From Octopus sinensis (Eukaryota), in contig NW_021835995.1 of the NCBI RefSeq assembly GCF_006345805.1, forward strand, positions 1 to 64,000: a stretch of 64,000 bases of DNA, given 5' to 3'. Position 1 is the stretch's first letter, and each line of letters starts with the position of its first letter. Positions 11,256-23,853 of the stretch are shown here, in pieces. The notes beneath the pieces were generated by a model that was not told the origin of the DNA, searched no databases, and saw nothing but the letters and a program-made list of their open reading frames with translations. The position numbers and the translations under genes were made by a program.

Positions 11256-11367
11256 AGGATACGGCACGTTGATGTAGATTTTATTAATGTGATACTGAGA
11301 TATTTTTCAACAGCGGTAACTTTTGAAAATATTTCGTCATTGAAAACACACTCACGCGCGCGCATAC

Positions 11368-11399
<32 letters not shown>

Positions 11400-11430
11400 T
11401 GTGTGTGTGTGTGTGTGTGTGTATGGTTGT

Positions 11431-11718
11431 GGAAGTTGGCCGTCTTGAACGGGTTCATCTGTGACTTCGAAATGATTAGTCCGAAACCTTGACATCCAGA
11501 TTTTCACTGTAGAGTAAGATGGGCAGCCATCCTTAAAGACTTCATCTCGCCGTGAATTCCCTCTTTTTGCAAAGCAAAGGAGCGGCGGAAATCCATGACG
11601 ATATGAAGTCTTGAAGGATGGTTGCTCAGCTTATTCCACAGTGAAAATCTAGGCGTTAAGGTTTCGGACTGGTCATTTCGAGGTCACAGATGAACCCCAG
11701 TTAAGTCGGCCAACTTCC
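11431..11718. repeat. Fold-back element, ~120-bp imperfect arms
   Basis: GGAAGTTGGCCG..GGGTTCATCTGTGAC..CCGAAACCTT.. / ..AAGGTTTCGGAC..GTCACAGATGAACCC..CGGCCAACTTCC. Confidence 0.85.
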
Positions 11719-12410
11719 GCGGTCACATACATAAAAGCATGTTCACATATAAACGCATAAGAATATCTCAACAGGATCGTTAGATATATTTAACTAAATT
11801 TTAATACAAATGTTCGAATTATGCAATCGAAGTAGTTCTAGACCTATCGTGCTTCAATTTTACCTAAATCCACTGTAGGAGCTGCCACCACGCGTTAAAT
11901 CTGTAAAAAAGAAAAAGATATATTGTATACCATCATGATGTTTTTTCGTATCTTCTCAATAGTTGTACCACCTCCCCAGCAAAGGTAAAGCTCTGTCCTT
12001 TCGCAATACAAAGAACTTTTCAGCAACCCTCGTATGTATCTCCATTCTTTCTGTCTGTCTCATCTCACTCTCTCTCTCTCTCTCTCCCCTTTGTATTTCT
12101 CTAAATAATGACACACGCATATACATGTACACTTAGATAGGTTCAGTATTATCCGTTGGCATGTATAAAAGTATGTACACACATAAACACATACAAATTT
12201 CTCAACAGGCTCGTTAAATATATTTAACATGCTTAACGTATGTGTATCGTTGAAAAGCCAGAGGTTGCAGATTTCGTCCGGAAAACAATCCCCGAACAGA
12301 TTATTTTGTCAAAAAATACAATATACACCAGAGTTTGACGAAACGAAATCATCCTGGAAGTGACCGCGAGTGCAACAGATAAGCATTTCTCCATTTTTGC
12401 ATCTTGTTAG

Positions 12411-12515
12411 TGTCGCCCTCTCGTGTTACTTCCAGAACGAGGTCGACCTCTCCAGTCTGAAATATATAGAAAAAGTATACCATACACCGGTTTGCAATTA
12501 TGTCGCCGAGGCAGA
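12411..12515 (+). CDS. Candidate internal exon (105 nt, phase 2-2)
   Basis: Acceptor ttttgcatcttgttag, donor GA|gtaaat, open frame VALSCYFQNEVDLSSLKYIEKVYHTPVCNYVAEA; joins 8633-8722 in frame. Confidence 0.6.
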
Positions 12516-13004
12516 GTAAATTTCAAATTAAGCAAATAAAGCGACTCTAAGTTAGAATCATATTCTTAGAATATGTATGTCTTTGAAAAAGCAGAAGCTG
12601 GATTCCGAGAGAAAATCCCTTTATTAGACGAATGGCCCCCAATAAACACAATATACTTTTATGTCAAATGTACAATCACTCCTTCAACAGAGAAATACGA
12701 AATTAAAAATATGATACTTTTGAAAACGATGGGTCAGAGCTAGTATTACTGAACCACATAAGAGGAATTTGGGGTTGCATCGCCTTAACTCTGTCTGTGT
12801 GTATGTGTGTATGTGTGTGTGTGATTGTGTGTGTGTGTGTATGTGTGTGTGTGTGTGTGTGTGTGATTGTGTGTGTGTGTGTATGTGTGTGTGTGTGTGA
12901 GTATCATATGTACAGTATATATGAATGCAATGAAGACAAAGTAACTGGTAAGAGAAGAGAAATAACATTACTAATACTCGTAATAAAATTGAATTGATTA
13001 TTTT

Positions 13005-13715
13005 TATTCTTTTACTTGTTTCAGTCATTTGACTGCGGCCATGCTGGAGCACCACCTTAAAAGGCTTTAGTCGAAGAAATCGAACCCACGACTCAATATT
13101 TGTAAGCTTAGTACTTATTCTATCGGTTTTCTTTTGCCGAACCGCTAGATTACAGCGACTTAAACACACCAAGCGATTGTGGCGGACCAAAGACAAGCAC
13201 TCACACACAAAGCTATATATATATATATATATATATATATTCTTGTAAACACACGCGCTATATATTCGTTCTTCGCTCGTTTGTCCATTGTCCGGAAATC
13301 TCTCTTCATAATGGCATGGGTTAGAATAAGTACAGTAATAACGAGTGTAGAGCGAATATGTAGTGCGTGTGTTTATTGCCCCCCACACCAAAAAAATGAC
13401 CGTCCCGAAATACAACAATATTTGTTTCAACGCACGACTTTACGTCAGGGAACTTGAAACACAAATTCATATATATATATATGAGTGAGTGTGTGTGTGT
13501 GGTGTGTGTGTGTGTGTGCGTGTGTGTGTGTGATTGTGTGTGTGTGTGTGTGTATACACGATGGGCTTCTTTCAGTTTCCGTCTACCAAATCCACTCACA
13601 AGGCTTTGGTTGGCCTGAGGCTATAGTAGAAGACACTTGCCCAAGGTGCCACGAAGTGGGACTGAACCCGGAACCATGTCATGGGAACCAAGCTTCTTAC
13701 CACACAGCGACGCCA
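13005..13715 (-). mobile_element. SINE family B, interrupted in its internal microsatellite
   Basis: Tail 13005-13200, head 13555-13715, unrelated ~220 bp with a small hairpin between. Confidence 0.8.
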
Positions 13716-13972
13716 CTTGATTGAAAATTAATGGTCAATAGTGTTAATGGTTCCCGTTTTCAAGCGCATCTATCACTGGATGACTTTCAAATACTTTGCC
13801 TCGTCATCACGTCTCAGTCAGAATGGTGTCAACGAGTATTCTGTCAGGTGGTTGACCTGAAACAAGTATGGATACGAAGAGTTTTGTGAAGTGGATTAAT
13901 TGAAATAATGTGATAGAATGTAGTCACGGTGATGCATGCTTGACTTGTTTTTGATGTTATATTTTATAACAC

Positions 13973-14487
13973 ACTAGCAGTATCGCCCGGCGTTGCTCGG
14001 GTTTGTAAGGGAAATAACTATATAAGCATTTTTAGAGAGTTACTTCCCTTGTAGATGCCAATTCGGGCTTTCTTAGCCATTTCTGTTTTGGTGTCTTCAA
14101 GCCATGAAGTCGTTGTTCTAAAAGAACGCTGGTCTCCTTGACAACGCTTTACGACGTTGATTTCCTTACACTCCCTTCCCCACAGCTTCACGAGGGAGGG
14201 AAGAAGGGGGAGAAGCAACACAAGTGCAGGTGTGACCATGGACGCCAACTCCGCCGCCATCGACACACGAAAAAATATGCATTAAAATGGAATAAAAAAT
14301 AATGTTAAATTATTTTTAAAATCGTAGACTCATCGTAGACGCGTGCTAATACGCAGATGGGCTCGATATGAATCACAACTATAAGATACCCGAATTTGGT
14401 TAAACTGCACCGCAAAATGTGGGAGTAGTTAGGAATCTAAATCGAAGGGACAGACACTCACACAACTACAGTTTTATATATATAGAT
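13973..14487 (+). mobile_element. Non-autonomous Helentron/HINE (DINE-1/Lep1-like) element
   Basis: 5' ACTAGCAGTATCGCCCGGCGTTGCTCGGG, 3' GACAGACAC...TTTTATATATATAGAT, typical terminal layout. Confidence 0.65.
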
Positions 14488-14764
14488 ATAACTTTAATAG
14501 AAAACCTGTTGGAATTAGGGTCAGGCGTGTCAGAATCAATGTACCTCGTAGCTGTCGCCCCTGCTCACAATCAGTGACAGTAATTGTTAGTTTAGTCATG
14601 TCTAGACCAACAACTCCAGGATATATCAACAAGTAAATGTATATACTGAACACATGAATACATAAATAAATTCATAAACGAATAAATATGTAATACCTAC
14701 GTTTAAGAAATGCCTCATATTTGAGAAAAGCATATATCAGCGACAAAAGTAATGTGAATTGCGT

Positions 14765-14974
14765 GAGGTAATATATTTATTTCCACTTAAACGTGGATGC
14801 TCTGTTAGGATAAATTATTCTGCGATAGATACCACGAGAGAAACACTCACACTACCTTTTGGTGCAAAGGGCATTTAGCACCAAAAGCCTACAGGAATCT
14901 CTCTCATGGTATCTACCGTAGTATGGTTTATTCTAATAGAACATCCACGTTTAAGTGGTAATAAATATTACCTC
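14765..14974. repeat. Fold-back/MITE-like element, ~80-bp arms
   Basis: GAGGTAATATATTTATTTCCACTTAAACGTGGATG.. / ..CATCCACGTTTAAGTGGTAATAAATATTACCTC. Confidence 0.8.
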
Positions 14975-15021
14975 TTTGAGAAGTGTTTAGTGAGTTACGA
15001 AAAATGAAATACATTTTAACA

Positions 15022-15180
15022 GTGCGTAGGAGTGGCTGTGTGGTAAATAGCTTGCTTACCAACCACATGGTTCCGGGTTCAGTCCCACTGCGTGTCTCCT
15101 TGGGCAAGTGTCTTCTACTATAGCCTCGGGCCGACCAAAGCCTTGTGAGTGGATTTGGTAGACGGAAACTCTGTGTGTGC

Positions 15181-15225
<45 letters not shown>

Positions 15226-15440
15226 CGTTTGTGTATCTGTGTTTGTCCCCCCAACATCACTTGACAACCGATGGTGGTGCGTTTACGTCTCTGTAACTTA
15301 GCGGTTCGTCAAAGAGACCGATAGAATAAGTACTAGGCTTACAAGAATAAGTCCTGGTGTCGATTTGCTCGACTAAGGTGGTGCTCCAGCATGGCCTCAG
15401 TCAAATGAGTGAAACAAGTAAAAGAGTAAAAGAGAGAGTG
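15022..15440 (+). mobile_element. SINE family B (near full length)
   Basis: tRNA-like head, CTTGGGCAAGTGTCTTCTACTATAGCC core, (GT)n, tail GGTGGTGCTCCAGCATGGCC..GAAACAAGTAAAAGAG. Confidence 0.9.
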
Positions 15441-15984
15441 CGTATGATTGTATGGGTAAGCCAATTTGAGGAGAGAGGCAAAGTCTATGTACCTCGTGGC
15501 CACCTGCTCTACCCAGGGCGTGTGAGATCCACGGCAAATTTAGACATGACTCGATCAACGACTCTAGAAACGAATAGTCATAAAGGTGAATAAATAAATA
15601 ATTCTAATTTGGGCGCGAGAACAACAATTTTTAGGGACGGATGATGTCGAGTGCATCGATCTTTGTCCACGACTGGTACTTATTCTCTGGACCCCGAAAG
15701 GATGAGAAGGACAAAGCTGACTTCGGCAGCAACGAATATATAAATGAATAAATAAATAAATAAATGAATAAAACTCGCATTCCAGAAATTTCTCTCAATG
15801 CTGAAATTCTGGATGAAAGGGCTTGAGGAAAGTATTTAGAGAGTTATGTAAATGAACCGTATAAGAAGCAGGATAGCAAGTCGTGTGGGATAGGCTAGGT
15901 TGGAGGGGAATGCAGTTAAACTTTTCCGAGGAGCAGATTTTTTTTTGTCTTAAATGCATAATATACTATAACGTCGTAAAGTGT

Positions 15985-16019
15985 ATATACACACAACACA
16001 CACACACACACACACACCC

Positions 16020-16067
<48 letters not shown>

Positions 16068-16258
16068 CACACACACACCCCACACACACACATACACACA
16101 CACACACATACACACACAACACACAAACACACATACACACATACACAACACACCATCAACACACACAACACACACACACACCATACACACACACACACAC
16201 ACACACACACCACACCACACACACACACACACACACACACACCACACACCACACAACC
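15985..16258. repeat. Imperfect (CA)n microsatellite
   Basis: Direct reading. Confidence 0.95.
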
Positions 16259-16686
16259 ACTGTTAGGGCAATGAACTTCGTAACCTCCCATCCTCTCAGA
16301 ATATCGCGATTAGCTTTCAATGTGCAGGTCATGACTTCAGGAAATGAATGAATGAATGAATAGAAACTTGGTCTAAACATTGAAACTGTTGGGTGAAAGG
16401 TTTTGAATAAAACATACAATGAAACATGAGATGGAAATATAACATAGACAGAGATACGTACTGGTGTGTAGCATGTCTTATGTGGAGGAACATTCAGTTA
16501 AGAAGTTCAGAGAAGCAGATACCATGACGACCGGAATGGAATGGTGGAACGAAGCCCCATAGGAAGCCCCAGCAATCCAAGAGCCAGCAGTCTATCTCGG
16601 ATTCCCCAAATTCAACTTACATATATCTTTCGTATTTAACTTGTTCCAGTCATTAGATTGCCTCCATGCTTGAATACCATTCTGAA

Positions 16687-19600
16687 GAGTGATTCTTAAC
16701 CTGGGGGTGGGGGGCGCGTCCCCACTAGTGGGGTGGGGTGGGGGCGTCAGTACTTCCAAGGGGGGCACGAGCCCTTGACAAAAACTGGAATTTCTGTAAT
16801 TATATTTGTTATTCTCTTAACGGAGCGTAGTCAATATGAGAATTTCAGGAAAAAGTGCAAAAAATGCTTATTCCTTTAGTTCTCTTATTCTGCTATCTTA
16901 GCGCCGCTTAGCATTTTCTGTACCGATTGACCCCACTTCATATCCCTCAAAACCTTCACTAATTCTGGATTGTAGCTTTAATATTTGCTTTTATTTTGTA
17001 AATTTTTGTTTGTTATAACAAGATTCAAGTTAAGAACCAATGTTATAAAGCTTAGATATTATCGTGTAAAGACAAACATCTTTTTCAGTTAATAGATTAT
17101 AAACAAGTTTGATCCATAGTTTTCATATATATGAAATAATGTAATTCTTAAAAATAAGAGAGATGCTGAAACATCATATTACCATACTAAGAAATATTAA
17201 CACAATTTGAAAATTGAAAACTAGTTTTAATTTTAGCAAGAGGAAAAGTACGATATATTTAAAAATAGGAATAAAAACGAAAAGTATGTAATAGGTTCTA
17301 CTATCGCTCAATTTGATAAAGTCTCAAAAAAAAAAAAAAAAAAATACAGATTGGAAAAATAAAAAAAATTAACAATAAACCAAAATGTTTATATTAAAAA
17401 TATAGTAAATTTTTTCGTAAGAAAAAGGAAATTATAATATAAAGCCAAATTTTAAACTAAAATTCAGATTTAAATATTACAGAAAGTATTAGGTAAAACT
17501 AAAAGCTATGCAAAATCTTTTCCTTTTTATAGAAACATTTTAAAATATTTTCTTACAAATAAATACAAATTTTTCGTATAACTTTTCTTTTAATTTAAGT
17601 TTCATTCCAATATTTTTTGTTTTGATTTTTTTCCGAACTTTTTACTCCAAGCGTTCTAACTCGACATTGCCTTACCCGTACTTTATCTTTTGTTCTCATA
17701 TTTGTGTTGTCCACTGCGCATCAAATAATTCGCAATGAGTGCAAAGAAACGGAAGTACCTTGACGAATATGTTCGATTTAGATTTGTGTCCCTCCAAAAA
17801 GGTGACACAGAAGTCCCCTAGTGTTTGATATATTACAAAAATTCGAACAGTGATAGAATGCGACCCTCACGCTTGGAACGCCACTCGAGGACAACACATC
17901 TTGCTCTTGCAGACTACCCTAAGGCATTCTTTGAAACAAAAAGACATTCCTTGAAACAAGCAAAGTTGGACGGTAATGGGACATTTCGGCACTTCGATGG
18001 TTGCTGAGGCTTCCTATGAGATCGCCATGTTGATTGCAAAGTGCAAGAAGAGCCATGGCATCGGAGAGTCTCTCTTAAAACCAAGTCTACTCCGTGCAGC
18101 AGAACTCGTTCCGGGGAAATATAGTGCAAACAAGCTTTCCCAGATTTCATTATCAAATGATACAATCAAGGGAAGGATCGATGACTTGTCTCAAGACATC
18201 AAAGATCAAATTCTCCTGTTTTTGCCATCCAGTATGACGAAACGACTGACATCATTCAGTGTTCTCAGATACTGGTATATCCTCGTTTTGTGTCAGGCAA
18301 TTCTGTCACTCTATGGATAATTGTACAACGACAGCAGCTATTTTTCTTGATGTAAAAACTTCTTTCAGGAAAATCGACTTTCATGGGATTCGCTGGGAGG
18401 GGTGGACACTGATGGAGCTCCAACCATGCTTGGTCTGAAGTCTAGATTCATTACTAGGGAGAAATACAAAAATCCATCTGTTGTACGTACACACTGCATA
18501 CTTCATCATGAAGCTTTATCACCCAGAGCCTTACATACTGAAATGAGAAATGTCTTGAACATGGTTATCAAGGTTGTCAACTTTGTTAAAGGTGGAGCCT
18601 TAAACGGTCGTCTTTTCAAACTGTTCTATAAAGATGTGGAATCTGAACATGAAGCATTGCTTTTTCACACGAACGTACGATGGCCATCAAAGGGAAACAT
18701 GCTTGGACGGCTTTATGAACTACGTGAAGAAGTAGCAAATGTTCTTGATTTGCAGCAGAAGGCAGATCTCCATGGCAAATTCCAGTCTGAAGGCTTTCAG
18801 CTATCTCTAGCTTACCTGGTGGACATCTTCGAAGCGTTGAATGCTCTCAACCTTAAACTACAAGGGGTAAATATTACATTCTCACACACCATAACACCAC
18901 TCAAACTTCGTAGCCAAACTCGTTCTCTGGAAATGTCGAATTCAGCAGGGAAATACAACCAGTTTTTGTTATTTGGATTCTGCTCTCATTCACGGTAACC
19001 TTGATTCTGAGTTTAAGAAACATAATCACTCATCTAACTGATTTGAAACAAATTAATCAGATACATCCCGATGTAGATGAAAGCGCGAAGCTTGGAAATT
19101 CATCAGGAACCCATCTTTCAGTGTGAGTGCCAGAGGATTTTCTGAGCTGAAGTTCAACTCCCAGGCTAAGGAAGACTTCAAAGAACTGGATCTTGAAATG
19201 TTCTAGATCAAGTACTTTCCTGTTTATCCTCTGATCTCACGTCAGGTCCTCGGATTTTAGTTATGTTTGGATCCACGTATCTTTGTGAAGCTGCATTTTC
19301 CCACGCTCGTTGCAGTCAAGACCAAGAACAGAAACAGGCTGAACGTTGAAAGGGACTTACATTGTGCCCCCTCTGGCATTCAACCATGCATTCAAGATCT
19401 TGTAACTAAGAAGTAGTGTCAAGTATCTCACTAATAATGTGACTAATTCATATTAAAAAACAACTTTCTTTTTGTTAAGAAGCAGTGTGAAGTAACTCAC
19501 TTTTTGTATAGTGTGATTCAATATAAAATCATACATATTTTGTATAATGTGACTAATTCATATTCATAAAAGACTAAAAAAACATTTTAGATTTTATTTT

Positions 19601-19701
19601 TGAAATCTGGGAGAGAATTTTATTCATAGATGCAATGGGGTGGATGGAGAGGAGGACAAATTCCTAGAGAGGGTATGGAAATAAAAGGTTAATAACCTCT
19701 G
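16687..19701 (+). mobile_element. hAT DNA transposon, Buster/Charlie group, degraded
   Basis: Termini (C/G)AGTGATTCTTAACC and GGTTAATAACCTCTG; transposase remnant inside. Confidence 0.9.
17735..19434 (+). pseudogene. Buster/Charlie-like (ZBED5-family) hAT transposase, frameshifted
   Basis: MSAKKRKYLDEY, MRPSRLERH, ASYEIAMLIAKCKKSHGIGESLLKP, SLSNDTIKGRI, TDGAPTMLG, HCILHHEAL, LLFHTNVRW, STYLCEAAFS, KTKNRNRL. Confidence 0.9.
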
Positions 19702-20040
19702 GTCTAGTCTAACACATCGCTCCTAGGACTTATGTTCTTAAGTGAAGAACTTATTCTATCGGACTCTTTTGGCGAATTTCTGAGTTACGGAGACGTAAAC
19801 AACCAACACAAGCTGTCAGTCGGAGAGGAGTAGGGAGCTAGCACAAATGGATGAACTCGCGCGCACACACACACACACACATCACACACACACATATAAA
19901 CGATGGGCTTCCTCAAAGTTCTCATCTACTAAATTCACTCAAAGGTACTGATCGGTCCTGGACTATAGTAGAAGATACTTGTCTAATGAACCTTCTCATA
20001 TGCATACATACATACATACATACATACATACATACATACA

Positions 20041-20400
20041 TGGTGGTGGCTGCCCCCTCGTTATCGAGTATGGCCATTGCACGAAGATTAATCAATGTTG
20101 TTATCGTGCAATGCCTGTGCAAGAAGATTTTTTTTAAAGTGAAGAAAGGCTGTGTACTGAGTCAATCGCACTCACTAAGCAACAGCAGCCATAATTCGAA
20201 AAGAAGAACAAATTAACATCATCGGTAACCACTGAGCCGCAGGTTTTATGTCGGAGTTATCCCAGTTACCTGAGTTACCTTCTCCTAGAAGGATGCCCTA
20301 ACAAAGGCTAGGAGTCCTTCACTCCCAATGGTTTAACCGTGCGATCGGGTATTCAGTCCGATTATTTCTATGTCCCCGCGCATGAGACAGCCTTAAGCCT
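20041..20400 (-). mobile_element. Second copy of the short RTE-like element, with longer 5' end
   Basis: Reverse complement of 4877-5177, (CATA)n tail at 20005-20040. Confidence 0.75.
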
Positions 20401-20855
20401 TAAGAAAAAAAAACAACACATTCATTGGATGGCCGTTGACACACACATATACATATACACATATATACACACATATATTTCGCTTATTTCCTGTTTGGAA
20501 AGTGTTACTGTACATTAAACTGATCTGAAGTTTGCTTCTGTCTTTAACATCCAAACACGAAACTATAAACATAATCAGTCTTTCAACAAAAGATGCATAA
20601 ATTAATTATGATAATGAGTTGAAAATGATGAATCGGAGCCGCTGTTACTGAAATATACGGAATTACTTGGGTTTGATTGATATTATGTGTATGTATGTAT
20701 ACGTGTATGGGTGTAGGTACGTAATTATGTATGTATGTATGTATGTATGTATGTATGTATGTATGTATGTATGTATGTATGCATGCATGCATGCATGCAT
20801 GCATGTATGTATGTATGTATGTATGTATGTATGTATGTATGTATGTATGTATGTA

Positions 20856-21106
20856 GGCGCAATGGCCTAGTGGTTAGGGCAGCGGACTCGCGGTCGCAGG
20901 ATCGCGGTTTCGATTCCCAGACCGGGCGTTGTGTGTGTTTATTGAGCGAAAAACCAACCTCTTTCTCCCAATCTTTCTTCTGTTGGCCTGCTCGCTTAGC
21001 CAGCGGGTGGCGTCATTCGAAGGCTAAAACTATGCGAACGCATTGTGACCAGCGATGTGTAACAGCATCTGATGGTCTGGTCGGTCACGTGATCACGTGT
21101 CACGTG
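20856..21106 (+). mobile_element. tRNA(Arg-like)-headed SINE family C, internally deleted
   Basis: GGCGCAATGGCCTAGTGGTTAGGGCAGCGGACTCGCGGTC..GGTTTCGATTCCC head; sits within (TATG)n. Confidence 0.85.
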
Positions 21107-21137
<31 letters not shown>

Positions 21138-21377
21138 GAAAAGTATTTTACGCTTCTCTCGAATAAAAGCTCCATTTTCTCGACGAATGTTTTCCAAAGT
21201 AAGCACACAAATTGTTGTGGGAGGATTCCGACACCCCACCATCTTGCTTCGTTAGATTATATATATTTCTTTACTACCCACAAGGAGCTAAACACAGAGG
21301 GGACAAACAAGGACAGACAAAGGGATTAAGTCGATTACATCGACCCCAGTGCGTAACTGGTACTTAATTTATCCTTC

Positions 21378-22200
21378 GTTAAACTATATATCAACACCAG
21401 GATGTAGAAGTGGTGACAAGTTGTTTGAAGCTTGCGTTGGGCGTTAATTTTTTTTTTGTACGAAACCAAAGAAACAGTCGTTTAATATGGAGAACGTGGT
21501 GCAATTGCAACAGCAACAGCAGCAGCAACAACAATAACAATAGCAACTACAATAGCAACAACAACAAAACCAACAATTGTTGGAATTAATGTTGAAGAAA
21601 TCTGAAAATACTTTAGGTTCGTACTCGCCGGACAGCGTAGCAAACTCAGTTGAAAAATGAAGTTATAAACCAGAAGAAATGATTACCTTCTCGGCATATT
21701 TTCGAAGATACGAAGAAATCTTCAAAGAAGAATGTAAAAATTGGTCTTACTTTTAAGAAAGTTATCCCCTGCCGAACACGAAAAATATAGAAACTATATT
21801 CTGCCGAAGAAACCTGGTGAGATTTGTTTCGATGAAAAAATTAATTTTTTATCGAAAATTTTCAGTGAAAGAAGCTCCCTGTGCAGTACTTTGCTGGCAA
21901 TGTTAAAATTTGGTGAAAAAAGACGACGAAGATTTCGTTACGTATTAACAGAGAGTGTGAAAAATTCAAATTAAATGAATTAAGCCCGGACATCTACAAA
22001 TATCTAATTTTTGATCAAGGGTTAACTACAAGCAAAGATGCAGTTGTATGTTCCTGGGTACTAACAAAATTAGAACAGGATTAAAGATTAATTCTACAGG
22101 CAGTAGAAGAATACCAGAGGATTATAATTCTAAGACATGACGCAGATAAAATTGAAGAAAAAGATTGCTCTCGTATTCATGCGTGTCGACCGGTAACGGA
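21378..22200 (+). mobile_element. Gypsy 5' fragment (LTR end, PBS-like TGGTGACAAG, degraded gag)
   Basis: Q-rich start, YSPDSVANSVEK, FSAYFRRYEEIF, LLLRKLSPAEHEKYRNYILPKKP; homologous to gag at 893-1340. Confidence 0.85.
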
Positions 22201-22204
22201 TAAG

Positions 22205-22550
22205 AAAAAAGAGAAAGAAAGAATACATACATACATACATACACACACACACACCACACACACACACATACATACTACATACATACATACAACATACATA
22301 CATACACACACATACATACATACATACATACATACTACACACACACATATACATACATACATACATACATACATACATACATCATACATACATACATACA
22401 TACATACACACACACATACATACATACATACATACATACATACATACATACATAAACACATACATACATACATACATACATACATACATACATACATACA
22501 TACATACACACACACACACCATACATACATACACATACATATACATACAT

Positions 22551-22583
<33 letters not shown>

Positions 22584-22771
22584 TACATACATACATACAT
22601 AAACACATACATACATACATACATACATACATACATACATACATACACACACACACATACATACATACAATACATACATACACACACACACCACACACAC
22701 ACACAACATACATACAATACGTACATACATACATACATATATACACACATACATACATACATACATACATA
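22205..22771. repeat. Compound (CATA)n/(CA)n microsatellite
   Basis: Direct reading. Confidence 0.95.
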
Positions 22772-22874
22772 CCTTGTTGATGTTTAAAATTCCAATGAGG
22801 AAGCTTTTGGATCTAGGTAGAAACCAGCTCTTGCCGTATTTGCAAGAAATCTTAAAACCTAACTGAATAATGAC
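22772..22874 (+). mobile_element. ~100-bp element flanked by (CATA)n
   Basis: AAATTCCAATG..GAAACC..GCAAGAAATCTTAAAA..ACTGAATAATGAC; similar copy at 61318-61423. Confidence 0.7.
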
Positions 22875-23350
22875 GTATATACATACATACATGCAAGCAT
22901 GCATTCGTGCATGCTTGCATCTATCCATCCATCCATCCATCCATCCATCCACCCACCCATACATACATACATACAAACATGCATACATACATACACACCT
23001 GTGTGCGTGTCTATGTGTGTATACATGTATACACACACATATATACATATAAATGCCATACATACATGTTACATATAATTGGGTGTGTGTTTGTGTTTGT
23101 GTGTTTGTGTTTGTGTTTGTCCTCTGCCTCCCGTGACACCCGTTTTTTGGTTTGCAGAGGTCACTGTCTTCTAGTGGTTCGGCAAAATAAACCGATGGAA
23201 TAAATACCAAAGTTATTAAATAAGTATTGAGATCCATTTGTTCGACGAAACCCTTTAGGCCTCAGTATGGCCGCAGTCCAATGACTGGAGGAAATAGATA
23301 ATAAAAGAGAAAACATATATATGATTCATGGATTTGTAAAATGAAGAAGG

Positions 23351-23571
23351 GTCTTGTGGAATTTTTCGAACGATTTGAAGTACTTCAAATTTCCACCAGA
23401 TTTGTTTCAAAGTGATATAATTTCTTTATCTGTAGTTTATAGAAAAAACAAAACAAGACAAAACGAACGAACAAACAAAAACTCCCGTCATCAACTTGCA
23501 AAACTACATTTAAAAAAATAATCCGGTGAAAATTTGAAGTGCTTCAAGTGACTGAAAGAACAATTCTGTGA
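23351..23571. repeat. Inverted repeat element
   Basis: GAAGTACTTCAAATTTCCACCAGATT vs AATCCGGTGAAAATTTGAAGTGCTTC. Confidence 0.6.
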
Positions 23572-23853
23572 GTGAGAAATCTTTTTTCACTACCGATTAA
23601 GAGAGAGAAAGGGTGGAGGGAAAGGAAGAGAGAGAGAGAGAGAGAAAGAGAGAGGATGGGCAGAGATTTCCTATGGGACGATGGCTGGTATTTATCACTT
23701 GGAGAATTATTAAATTATAACACTCTACCGAAACAAGGGAGACAACTTTATTTTCCTATATACTTTGTAAGAGTTGCTTCCCTTATAGACACCCATAGCA
23801 GCTCGCTTGCTCAAATTTATAAATTCCCAGCATAATAACCTCATATATATATA

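Noticed and set aside
11725-12228. ~70-bp direct repeat (11725-11792 and 12160-12228), and 31-bp tandem at 32923-32988
   Set aside because: Small local duplications with no further structure.
12684-13430. 248-aa minus-strand ORF
   Set aside because: Runs through SINE B, an inserted hairpin and (CA)n; no domain signal.
22130-23237. Long ORFs (197-300 aa) of MYVC/HTYI type, likewise 5040-5361, 15883-16419, 20583-21136, 43382-44618, 63025-63859
   Set aside because: Translations of microsatellites that lack stop codons; no coding signal.
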